Source of the DNA: an uncultured delta proteobacterium
Lineage (GTDB): Bacteria > Myxococcota > Kuafuiibacteriia > Kuafuiibacteriales > Kuafuiibacteriaceae
Length of the DNA: 64,000 nt
Direction of reading: 5' to 3'
Assembly: GCA_963803435.1 (NCBI GenBank)
Contig: CAWDML010000001.1
Coordinates: 640,001-704,000, forward strand
Shown piece by piece: positions 1 to 8,730 of this stretch. The notes under the pieces were generated by a model. The model did not search any database and was not told the origin of the DNA. It saw only the letters and a list, made by a program, of their open reading frames with translations. The translations under genes were made by a program, and so were the position numbers. The stretch's first letter is position 1, and each line of letters starts with the position of its first letter.

Positions 1-2
1 AT

Positions 3-320
3 CAAGTCCAGGACTTCATCCCCAGCCCCTTCGATCTGGCGGCCGCCATGTATCACACCGGGCTCGACCCGCTCACGATGAAGCCGGTGACGGTGGCGAA
101 GAACCTCCGCGATCGGAAGGTGCAGCGGGCGCTGCTCCAGTTCTTCAAGCCCGAGAACTACTTCATGGTGCGGAAGGCGCTGCTGGAGGCGGGCCGGAAG
201 GATCTGGTCGGCTCGGGGTGCGACTGCCTGATCCCGACGCACCCTCCGCGCGAAGCGCTGGAGGCGAGGCGCCGCGAAGCCGAGCGGCGCGCACCTCACG
301 GATCGTCGTCGAGGTCGTAG
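3..320 (+). CDS. YgiQ/UPF0313-family radical SAM protein, C-terminal part (truncated by window start)
   Basis: Frame 3 reads QVQDFIPSPFDLAAAMYHTGLDP...RKVQRALLQFFKPENY...GRKDLVG, matching the conserved YgiQ C-terminus (QVQDF.PTP...MYYTG.DP, DUF3362 region). Confidence 0.8.
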   Translation, partial: QVQDFIPSPFDLAAAMYHTGLDPLTMKPVTVAKNLRDRKVQRALLQFFKPENYFMVRKALLEAGRKDLVGSGCDCLIPTHPPREALEARRREAERRAPHGSSSRS

Positions 321-2191
321 CGATCGTCGCCGCTGTCGTCGACCATCACGCCTCGACCGCGCGCGCTCGAACGACCCGGGCGACCCCCGCGATATCAATC
401 GTCGCCGGCCCGGTCGTAGTAGAGGCCGACCCCGACCGTCGAGGCGGCACCGACCGACATGCCGGTGAAGCGCGCCTCGTCGCGTCCGTCCAGGTCGAAC
501 AGAACGCCCAGCCCGTAGTCGTAGCCGGCGCCCAGGCTGTAGCCTTGGCTCACCAGCGAGGCGCCCCGGACGTCGTCGCCTCCGTGATCGATGAGGACGC
601 CGGCCGCGTAGTGCACGGCGCTCCCCTGGGCGTAGTAGAGGGCGTCGTAGCGATCATCGCCGCCGCCGTCGGAGAGGAGCCCCACGCCCTGCCAGTAGCC
701 CGTGCCTTGCGCGAAGACGCCGGCGCGGTAGCTGTCGTCGCCCTCGCGATCGCGCAGGACGCCGAGGCCGCCGGACATCGCCACGATCGGATCGTCGCTC
801 CTGAGGCCGTAGCCCGCACCCTGGCACAGACTGGTATTGGCGTGCCCCGGCAGCTGGGCCGAGCGGTACAGCTCCCCGGTGGCGCCGTCGTCGCAGGTCC
901 AGGCGTCCGCACCGCTCGCGTCGAAGGCCAGGCCGACCCCGCCGGCGAACCCGAAGCCCTGCGACGCGTAGACGGAGCGATACCGATCGCTGCCGGCGAG
1001 ATCGATCATGAGCCCGATCCCGAACTGAGCGGCGCCCTGTGAGACCGCCTCCGCCTCGTAGAGGTCGTCGCCCTCGCGGTCGAACAAGACGCCCACGCCC
1101 TGCTGCGCGTAGCCCTGGCTCCCGCGCAGCGAGCGGTAGACGTCGTCGCCGGCTTCGTCGAAGAGCATCGCGACGCCGTTGCGCGCCGCACCCTGCCGGA
1201 ACGCGTTCGAGAGGCTGATCGGGCCGAAGCGCTCGTCCCCCTCGAAGCGGCGCGCGTCACCGTCGAAGCCGTAGTCGTCGTCGCCGGCCAGGTCGATCGT
1301 CACGCTGACCGCGTTCGCGCCCGAGAGGTTGCTGGCGACCTCGTCGCGATGGACGTCGTCACCGCCGAGGTCGACGAGCAGAAGCGTCGGCTCGCTCTCC
1401 TGGTAGCGGTCCGGCGCGCCATCGCGCACTCGGATGACACCCGCGGCCGTCTCGAGATCGAAGCGAATGCTCATGCGCCCCACGAACGGGCTCCAGTCCA
1501 CCGACTCCACCGCATACGCGATCCGGGCGGCCGCGCCGTACAAGCGGGCACGCCCGCCGACCAGATACGCACGATCGACCGCCCGCGCCGGATCGTAGCC
1601 CTCTGCGTCCGGGTCGAAGATCAAGCCGTTCCCCGGGTACCTTCGCCACCACTCCGCGCCCCGCCCCCCGTCATCCTGGCTTGCATCGCGCTCGCCCCGC
1701 GCCTCGAGCCCGTCCGCGATCGCCCACAGCACCGGCGCCATGGCCGCGGCCAGATCGTCCGGCAGCGCGCCCTTCGCCTCACCGCAGTCCGTCCTCTCGC
1801 ACACGGCCGCCAGCGCCGGTTCGATCGCCACCGCCTCAAACGGCAACACCTCCACCGGCTCCCCGGCCAGCGCCGCCGCCCGCACGATCGCCGACGCGAC
1901 CGGATGCGCGGACGCGCCGATCGCGTCGAACACCTCCGCCGCCCCCGCCTCGAAGCACCGCGCCGCCTCCGGAGCCGCCCGCAGCGCCGCCAGCGACTCG
2001 GGCTGGAACGCGTCGTCGAGCAGCCCGGCCTCGTCGGCTCGCGATCCCGCCGTCGACAGCGCGAGGTCTCCCAGGCCCACGATCGGCGCGCACTCGGGGA
2101 TCTCGACGGCATCCCAGGCGTCGAAGGTGGTGGGCGGCGGATCCAGCGGGCCGCAGGCGACCATACACAGGACCGGCCAGAGCGCGCGCAT
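296..2191 (-). CDS. Secreted lipoprotein with repeated G-x-G-x-L-x-D-x-x-G-D-D-x-Y motifs (possible Ca-binding beta-solenoid); 3' end disrupted near 395
   Basis: ATG at 2191 gives MRALWPVLCMVAC (lipobox). About 8 acidic repeats (LFDEAGDDVY, LFDREGDDLY, LRDREGDDSY, LSDGGGDDRY). The called ORF stops at 395 after GDD, but one more repeat (GVMVDDSGDDRYDLDDDP*) continues in another frame to 296. Confidence 0.6.
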
Positions 2192-2244
2192 CCGAAAGGG
2201 GGAGTCGGCCGAAACAGCGTGCGCCTTAGCGGAGTCGATATGGT

Positions 2245-2290
2245 CACGGAAACGGAACACGGCGACGGGACACGAAACACGAAACACGGA
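2245..2290. repeat. Short degenerate 7-mer tandem repeats (CACGAAA/CACGGAA type) in intergenic gap
   Basis: cacggaaacggaacacggcgacgggacacgaaacacgaaacacgga; its reverse complement shares CCGTGTTTCGTG with the repeats at 47808-47863. Confidence 0.5.
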
Positions 2291-2355
2291 CCATCGGATA
2301 ACGCGACCTCACTCCACTGGAGCCGCGGCCGTGTCGGACGAAGACAGCGACCGTG

Positions 2356-4209
2356 TCAGCCGGGGTCCCGGCCCGCGACCACGATGGCGAGCGATCCGAT
2401 GATCGCGCCGACGGCCCCGCCGGCGAAGCCGAAGTACGCCAGCCCGGTCGCGAGCAGCGCCGGGAGGATCGCGAGGATCACCGTGCGGAGCTGGGTGGAG
2501 CGGTGGATGCGGCGCGCGCCCTGGTAGGCCTTGCCGACGTTCGTGATCGCGGGGTCGAAGAGCCGGGGGGAGGCGCCCTCGGGCAGCGGGACGTCGATGC
2601 CGAGCGGCATCACGCGGAGGCGCAGGCCGTCGCTCGGGGGCTCGGAGGCGACCGCCAGCAGCGTGGCGTCGCGCTTGGCGAGCGGGGGGCCGTCGCACTC
2701 GATCTCGGCGGCCTTGGCGAGGAGCTTGCGCGTCGAGTCGGAGAGGCCCGGCATCACGGTGGCGCCGAGCTCCCGGGCGGCCGTCTTCGCCTCGGAGCGG
2801 GCGCCCAGGCCAATGCCGATCGCCCCCAGCACGCCCTCCTCCGGGTGGGCGATCAGGAGCGTGATCAGCTCCTTGTCGCGGAGGAAGTCGATCGGTCCGC
2901 TCATCGGCTCGTCGATGAGGATCTTCTCCGTCTCCTCGAGCGATTGCTGCGGTCCGAGGAGGTAGCGCTTGCCGTCGACCGTGCCGCGGAAGACGCCGCC
3001 GTTTCTGGAGAGGGCGGCGCCCTGCACGCGGGGGAGCTTCTTCTGGGCCAGGGTGGCGTTCACCGAGATCAGCTCGGGCGCGGCCGCGCCGTCGCTCTCC
3101 AGCAGCGCGCCGGCGATCTGGAGCAGCGCGTCGGGCGGCGTATCCGCGAGCGCCACCGCCTCCACCTCCCCCGGCCCGGCGAGGAGCGCCGGATCGATCT
3201 GCCAGCGCCGTACGCGCGCCAGCGCGGTCACGTCCTTCGCGCGGGCGAAGGACAAGCCGTGCGCCAGCGCGTGGGACAACACCGCGGCCCGCCCGCGCAT
3301 CAGCGCCAGCGAGGGCGCCGCCGCCACGCCGCCCAGCAGGATCGCGAGGACTGGCGGGACCCAGGCCTCGATCGTGGAGAGATCGGTGGTCAACAGCACG
3401 AGCGCGATCCCCGCAGCGTCGAGCAGCAGAACCACCGCCGCCCAGACCCGCCCGCTTCGCGCCGTCGCGATCAGCTCGCGCGCCACCTGTTGGGCGAGCG
3501 CCTGGTTCCGCACCACGAACGCCTCGTCCCGCGGCGCGCCCACCTCGAGCGCCAGGTCGGGGATCGAGCTGTGCGTCCCGGCGAACAGCGGATCGCCGAC
3601 CTTCTTCGGCGTGGGCAGGCTGGGCCCCAGGATCAGCGACTCGTCGACAAACCCGCTCCCGGCAGCGACTCGGCCGTCGATCGGCAGGTCCTCGCCCGTG
3701 CCCAGCTCGATCACATCGCCCTTCACCAGCGAGGCGACCGGCACCTCGGGGAGCTTCTTCACGTTCTCGCGGCGGAGCCTCACCTTCTTCTGCTTCTTGG
3801 GCAGCTCGACGAACGGGAGCCGCGCGACCACGTGGGCGCGCACGAACCGGATCGCGGACACCACCAGCGCGAAGCCGCCGGCGCACTCCAGCCCGGCCGG
3901 CACCAGCTGATCGCGGACGGCCGGCTCCATCAGCCCGAAGATCGGCATGAAGAGGCCGACCAGCGCCACCGCGGGCAGCAGCCCCAGATCGATCCAGAAG
4001 TCCTTCTTGGGACGGGAGATGAACGCCGAGAGCACGGCGGCCACCACCACGGCCAGCGCGCCCCAGGCGATCTCGGAGCTCAGCCGTGGGTGCGCGCGCG
4101 ACGGCTCGGGGAAGAAGCGCAGGCCGACGCCGGCGGCGAGCGCGAACAGGCCGATGACGACACCGAAGGAGGCGCGGATGCGCCCCAGCTCACGTTGTGC
4201 TTTGGACAC
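2356..4209 (-). CDS. Degenerate heavy-metal (P1B-type) P-type ATPase-like membrane protein
   Basis: Actuator-domain region LVKGDVI...PIDGRV..GSGFVDESLILG...KKVGDPLFAGT and multiple TM helices are present. TGE, CPC, DKTGT and GDGxND motifs are absent. Confidence 0.65.
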   Translation of the reverse strand: MSKAQRELGRIRASFGVVIGLFALAAGVGLRFFPEPSRAHPRLSSEIAWGALAVVVAAVLSAFISRPKKDFWIDLGLLPAVALVGLFMPIFGLMEPAVRDQLVPAGLECAGGFALVVSAIRFVRAHVVARLPFVELPKKQKKVRLRRENVKKLPEVPVASLVKGDVIELGTGEDLPIDGRVAAGSGFVDESLILGPSLPTPKKVGDPLFAGTHSSIPDLALEVGAPRDEAFVVRNQALAQQVARELIATARSGRVWAAVVLLLDAAGIALVLLTTDLSTIEAWVPPVLAILLGGVAAAPSLALMRGRAAVLSHALAHGLSFARAKDVTALARVRRWQIDPALLAGPGEVEAVALADTPPDALLQIAGALLESDGAAAPELISVNATLAQKKLPRVQGAALSRNGGVFRGTVDGKRYLLGPQQSLEETEKILIDEPMSGPIDFLRDKELITLLIAHPEEGVLGAIGIGLGARSEAKTAARELGATVMPGLSDSTRKLLAKAAEIECDGPPLAKRDATLLAVASEPPSDGLRLRVMPLGIDVPLPEGASPRLFDPAITNVGKAYQGARRIHRSTQLRTVILAILPALLATGLAYFGFAGGAVGAIIGSLAIVVAGRDPG

Positions 4210-4212
4210 GGA

Positions 4213-5268
4213 CTACGGCCGAACCGCGAGCGCCCAGGGCGAGATGTCGTCGAGATGGATCGACTTCGCCTTCTGGAAGGGATCGAGCGAGACCACCGTC
4301 ACCGCGCCGCCGGTGCCATCGATGGTCTGGGCGAGATAGGCGAAGCGGCCGTCCGTCGAGATTGAGACGCCGGTATGGGCACCACCGAGCTCGAGCGTGC
4401 CCGCGACGCGCTTCGACTTCATGTCGATCGAGAGCAGCGTCTTGCCCGCGTCCACGTACATCGTCCCGCCGTCCGGTGAGAACGCCAGGCCGCGCAGCGA
4501 CATCGGCTGTCCCAACATGATCGGCGCGGCCTCGCCCGACGCGAGATCGATCTCCAGGATGCGCGAGCCCTCGGCCTCGATCGGCAGGTACGCCTTGCCG
4601 CCGTGGACGCAGGATCCCTCCCGCACCCGGGCGCCGAACTTCGACACCTGGCCGAGCAGCGGGTCGATCAGCGTGCCCTCCGACGACAGCGGCTGGCGCG
4701 GCGCGATCTTCCGGACGTCCCCCTTCTCGAGGACCACGACCCCGTAGCGATCACCGATGGGCGGATACGCATAGAGCACCCGCTGGCCGATCTCCTCGTC
4801 GCTCACCACGGTCCGCTTGGCCACGTCGATCGTCACCAGGTGGAAGGGGAGGATCTCGCGCGTCTCGTCGGGATTCACGATCACCTGGTGCTCGAGCACG
4901 TAGAGGCGCGCTCCGTCCTCCGACATCTCGACGTTGCGCGCCGGATGCTCGGTGAGCTTGCCCGTCAACTCCTGCGTGCGGGTGTCGACCTCGCGAACGC
5001 CGTCGCTCGCCGCCAGGTAGGCCCTGCCTGCGTCACGGCTGAACACGATCGTGCTCACCGCGTGCTGGAAGTCGACGTTCTTGACCACGCGCCCGGCCGC
5101 CGCATCGACGATCCGGAGGTGCGCGGAGGCCGCGTAGACCACGTCGTTCGGCGCGAGCGCGGCGCTCGCCGTCACGGGGGCGCGCGTCGACGCGACCGAC
5201 TCCGACGACTCCTTGTTCGACTTGCACGCGACGAGCGCCAACCCGAGAAGCCAGACTGTCCTCTTCAT
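4213..5268 (-). CDS. Beta-propeller lipoprotein (YncE/YVTN or amine dehydrogenase beta-chain-like)
   Basis: MKRTVWLLGLALVAC lipobox; blade repeats FSRDAGRAY, MSEDGARLY, FSPDGGTMY, ISTDGRFAY; AGGAGG RBS upstream. Confidence 0.75.
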   Translation of the reverse strand: MKRTVWLLGLALVACKSNKESSESVASTRAPVTASAALAPNDVVYAASAHLRIVDAAAGRVVKNVDFQHAVSTIVFSRDAGRAYLAASDGVREVDTRTQELTGKLTEHPARNVEMSEDGARLYVLEHQVIVNPDETREILPFHLVTIDVAKRTVVSDEEIGQRVLYAYPPIGDRYGVVVLEKGDVRKIAPRQPLSSEGTLIDPLLGQVSKFGARVREGSCVHGGKAYLPIEAEGSRILEIDLASGEAAPIMLGQPMSLRGLAFSPDGGTMYVDAGKTLLSIDMKSKRVAGTLELGGAHTGVSISTDGRFAYLAQTIDGTGGAVTVVSLDPFQKAKSIHLDDISPWALAVRP

Positions 5269-5281
5269 CCGTCGCCTCCTA

Positions 5282-6763
5282 TCACTGCCCCTGCGGCTGG
5301 TTGCACGCCGAGCGCGGTCCGTGGAGCCGCCCCAGCATCTCGGGTGCCTCTTCGCTCATACGCGCGTAGGTGTACAGCCCGAGGCGATACCAATCCCGGA
5401 GGAAGTCGCAGAAGAAATCACCGATCGTCCAAGGCGCGGGCTGCTCTTCGCCCGCGCGGTCGCCCGTATGCAGCCACGCGATGTGGTGGCAGCCGCCGCC
5501 GCAGAGGTAACGCGCCCAGCACTCCTGGCAGGGCTCGCGCGTCCGCGGGTGGATCGACTTCAGGAGCTCGAAGCGGAGCGCGTCGTCCACGCCGGTGGCG
5601 AGGTTCCCCACGCGGAACTGCTCCTTCCCCACCAGGCGGTGGCAGGCGTACAGGTCACCCTTGTTGTCGGCGGCCACCAGCTTGGTGGCGGCGCCGCAGG
5701 GAACTCCGCGGGCATCACCGGCCGCGATCTGCTCGACCAGCGTGCGCACGTTGGAGAACGGGAACACCTTGCCCTGCTTGGCGTAGGCGACGAAGTCGTC
5801 GCAGAGCTCGCGGAGCCCGCGCAAGAGAACCTGCAGATCATCTCGGTCCAGATCGAAGCGGGCGTTGCCGCTGGCCACAGGGGAGACGCCGACCTCGGCG
5901 AAGCCGGCCTCGATGAGGTGCCGGACGATCCGGGCCACGTCGAGGCACTTCCGCGTCAACGTCACCCGCGCGGCCGCCCGGACTCCGCTGGTCTTCACCG
6001 CCTCCAGGATCGTCTCGTAGCTGTTGCGTCCGTCCTGGAGCGGGCGCAGCCGATCGTTCACGTCGGGCGGCCCGTCGATGCTGACCGTCATGCTGAAGCG
6101 CTCGCGCTCGAAGAACTCGGTCAGCTCCCGGGTGAGCAGGGTGGCGTTGGTGGTGAGGCCGAACGAGATGCGCCGGCCCTCCTTCTCCGCCCGCGCCTTC
6201 GCGTAGCTGTGCGCAGCGTAGACCACCGGCATGTTCATCAGCGGCTCGCCGCCGAAGAAGGTCATCTGGACCCGCTTGGTCGGCCCGAGCTGATCGAAGA
6301 AGCGCTCCGTGTGCTTCACCGCCAGCTCCGGATCCATGTACCCGAAGTCGCCGCCGTAGCGCCCGTAGTCGGCGTAGCAGTAGCCGCAGCGCATGTTGCA
6401 GTCGTGGGAGACGTGGAGCACGAGCGTCGAGAACGGCTCCATGATCAGCGGTTGTCCGTCGCGGGGTGGGTGCGGCCGCTCGAACGGCTGCAGGATGTCG
6501 AGCTGCTCGAACCCGAAGACGGCGTCGTTCGCGCCCGACTCGCCGAGCTGCTCCGCCAGGATCTTCGTCAGCTCGCTCCGCTTCACCCGCTCCGCGCCTG
6601 CGAGCGTGGAGGCGAGGAGCCAGGCGCTCTCGTCGGCCTCGCAGAACGCCGCGTTGTCCACCACGAAGATGAACCGGCGGCCCTCCTCCTCGAAGGGATA
6701 GAACCGATTCACGCGAAGGAGGTCCTTCGGTGAAGCGGGCATCGGGATGAGCTCGGCCGCCAT
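5282..6763 (-). CDS. Radical SAM/SPASM peptide or protein maturase, QhpD(PeaB)-like
   Basis: True start ATG 6763 with AGGAG RBS. CNMRCGYC, FFGGEPL, LTTNATLL, VSIDGP, ARVTLT, GFAEVG, PCGA...ACHR and CQECWARYLCGGGC...FC (SPASM); N-terminal RRE-like region. Confidence 0.85.
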   Translation of the reverse strand: MAAELIPMPASPKDLLRVNRFYPFEEEGRRFIFVVDNAAFCEADESAWLLASTLAGAERVKRSELTKILAEQLGESGANDAVFGFEQLDILQPFERPHPPRDGQPLIMEPFSTLVLHVSHDCNMRCGYCYADYGRYGGDFGYMDPELAVKHTERFFDQLGPTKRVQMTFFGGEPLMNMPVVYAAHSYAKARAEKEGRRISFGLTTNATLLTRELTEFFERERFSMTVSIDGPPDVNDRLRPLQDGRNSYETILEAVKTSGVRAAARVTLTRKCLDVARIVRHLIEAGFAEVGVSPVASGNARFDLDRDDLQVLLRGLRELCDDFVAYAKQGKVFPFSNVRTLVEQIAAGDARGVPCGAATKLVAADNKGDLYACHRLVGKEQFRVGNLATGVDDALRFELLKSIHPRTREPCQECWARYLCGGGCHHIAWLHTGDRAGEEQPAPWTIGDFFCDFLRDWYRLGLYTYARMSEEAPEMLGRLHGPRSACNQPQGQ

Positions 6764-6771
6764 AGTCTCTC

Positions 6772-8730
6772 CTAGGGGATGCGGATCCGCGGGTTCCAAT
6801 CGGGAGGCGTGACCAGCAGCGGCACGTTGATCACGTACCCGCCGCCGCTCGCCGTGAGGGTGCTCTGCCCGGTGACCGCGCCGGCGTGCACGTGGCCGTC
6901 CGCGCTGACCGTGGTGCCGGTGATGGGCGTGCCCGTCCACTGCCAGGTGAGCGGGACGGCGTTGGGGACGTCGTCGCCCGCGCCGCCCTCGCGCGCACCG
7001 TTCGGTCCGACGGAGTAGATCGTGGCCGTGAGATAGAGATCGTGCTGGTCGAGCGCGTGATCCGTGCCGGTGGTGACGCGGACGAAGGGCGATACGATCA
7101 GGTTGTTCCGTGTGAAGCCGCGAACGATCACGTAGTCGTCCGTCTGGCGATCGTCGCGGATGCTGAGCGTGACGTTCTCGACCACCCCGCTCCGATTGCA
7201 GCTGGGCGTCGCCACCGCCACCCGCAGGTACCAGGTCCCGACCGGGTTGAACCCCTTGAACACCGACAGGGGTCGATCGGGCCGATTCACCGGGGCACCC
7301 TCGTCGTCGTAGACCTGGTCGATCCCGCCGGAGCCGAGACAGTCGACGCCGCCGGGGACCTCGGCGCCGTCGCCGCACAGCGGGGCCTGCGCCTCGCTGC
7401 CCGGAGACACCAGCTGGAGCTTCAACTCGTCGTTCGGGACATTCGCGCCGCTGTTCACGTTCGTGTACGTGAGCGTGACCCCGACGTCGAGGTCGTCGAT
7501 CATCATCGAGTCCGTCACGGGGATGGGCACCAGGATCGAGGAGACGTCGGTGCTGGTCCCGCACGTGGGCGGGAACGCCATCATGGGATCGACCTCGTAG
7601 GTGTAGCGGTCGGTCACGCGCAGCTCGAACAGGCCGGAGTCGCGGAAGCCCTCCGAGTCCTGGACGCGGAGCGTCAGCGGGAACACGCCAACGTCGGGGC
7701 TGGTACCGAACAGATGACCGGTCGACTCGAACGTGATCCCGGAGGGCAGGTTGCCGGTCGCGGTCCACACGTAAGGCGGCTCGCCGCCCTGGGCGGTCAC
7801 CATCGTGTCGATCGATCGCCCGATGATGATCTGCGGCAGCGCGGTGGTGGTGATCTCGAGCGGCGCGATCACGCGGAGCACCAGATCGACCATGTCCTGG
7901 CGCAGCCCGCTGTCGCTGACGCGGGCGGTGAACGGGAAGTCGCCCGCCTCCTGCGGCAGCCCGGTGAGCGAGCCGTCGTTGGCGAGCTGAAGCCCGGCGG
8001 GCAGCGTCCCGGCCACGTGCTCCCAGGAGTACGGCGGCGTCCCGCCCTCGGCGATCAGGGAGGTGGAGTACGGCTCGCCCTCGCGGGCCTTCGGGATGGT
8101 GGAGGTCTTCACCACCGGGTTCTCCGAGACCACGAAGAGGTGCAGCATCTGGAGCCGCGCCCCGTCCTCGGCATCCGCGACCTTCGCCTGGAAGTCGAAG
8201 CCGCCGGACTCGGACGGCGTCCCCATCACGCGACCGCCGGCGACGATCGAAAGGCCGGACGGCAGCGCACCCGCGTCGAGGGACCACGCGTAGGGCGGCA
8301 CCCCACCCCGCGCCACCAGCGCCTGGTCGTACGGCGTGTTCTCCTTCCCGGAGGGGAGCACGGTCGTGACGATCGAGAGGGGATCCGGGATGACATAGAG
8401 CGTGAGGTCCTGCGCCACGCTCTGATCGCCGGCGTCGGCGACGGTCACCTGGAACGCGGCGCGCCCCGGCTCGGCGGCGATCCCGCTCAGCTGCCCCGTC
8501 TGCGCCTTCAGCTCGATGCCGGTCGGGAGAGCGCCCGAGCTGATCGAGAACGTGTACGGCGGCGTCCCGCCCTTCGCCTCGATCTTTCGGTCGTATGTGG
8601 CGTTGAGCTGCACGTCCGGGAGGGATCGCGTGACGACCTCCAGCTTGTTCGCGCCTTCATCCCCACCGCTGCACGCCGTCGCCAGCCCGAGCACGAAAAC
8701 GAGCGTGAGCTCCTTGCTGAGTCTCTTCAT
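6772..8730 (-). CDS. Lipoprotein with 4 putative Ig (He_PIG/cadherin-like) repeats plus a proprotein-convertase P-domain
   Basis: MKRLSKELTLVFVLGLATAC; four repeats of A.GG.PPY.W....G.LP.GL.L...G.L.G.P...G.F.F; P-domain motif LSVFKGFNPVGTWYLRV. ATGA overlap with the upstream gene. Confidence 0.8.
   Translation of the reverse strand: MKRLSKELTLVFVLGLATACSGGDEGANKLEVVTRSLPDVQLNATYDRKIEAKGGTPPYTFSISSGALPTGIELKAQTGQLSGIAAEPGRAAFQVTVADAGDQSVAQDLTLYVIPDPLSIVTTVLPSGKENTPYDQALVARGGVPPYAWSLDAGALPSGLSIVAGGRVMGTPSESGGFDFQAKVADAEDGARLQMLHLFVVSENPVVKTSTIPKAREGEPYSTSLIAEGGTPPYSWEHVAGTLPAGLQLANDGSLTGLPQEAGDFPFTARVSDSGLRQDMVDLVLRVIAPLEITTTALPQIIIGRSIDTMVTAQGGEPPYVWTATGNLPSGITFESTGHLFGTSPDVGVFPLTLRVQDSEGFRDSGLFELRVTDRYTYEVDPMMAFPPTCGTSTDVSSILVPIPVTDSMMIDDLDVGVTLTYTNVNSGANVPNDELKLQLVSPGSEAQAPLCGDGAEVPGGVDCLGSGGIDQVYDDEGAPVNRPDRPLSVFKGFNPVGTWYLRVAVATPSCNRSGVVENVTLSIRDDRQTDDYVIVRGFTRNNLIVSPFVRVTTGTDHALDQHDLYLTATIYSVGPNGAREGGAGDDVPNAVPLTWQWTGTPITGTTVSADGHVHAGAVTGQSTLTASGGGYVINVPLLVTPPDWNPRIRIP

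Noticed and set aside
5269-5281. qhpC-like precursor peptide next to the radical SAM gene
   Set aside because: Only 13 nt separate the flanking genes; no Cys/Asp-rich small ORF with an RBS found in nearby gaps.
6764-8287. N-terminal 500 aa of the 1001-aa ORF and similar long extensions (e.g. 28879-31215, 43154-45640, 56508-59138)
   Set aside because: Arg/Gly/Pro-rich off-frame read-through overlapping real genes, typical of high-GC DNA; true starts are downstream.
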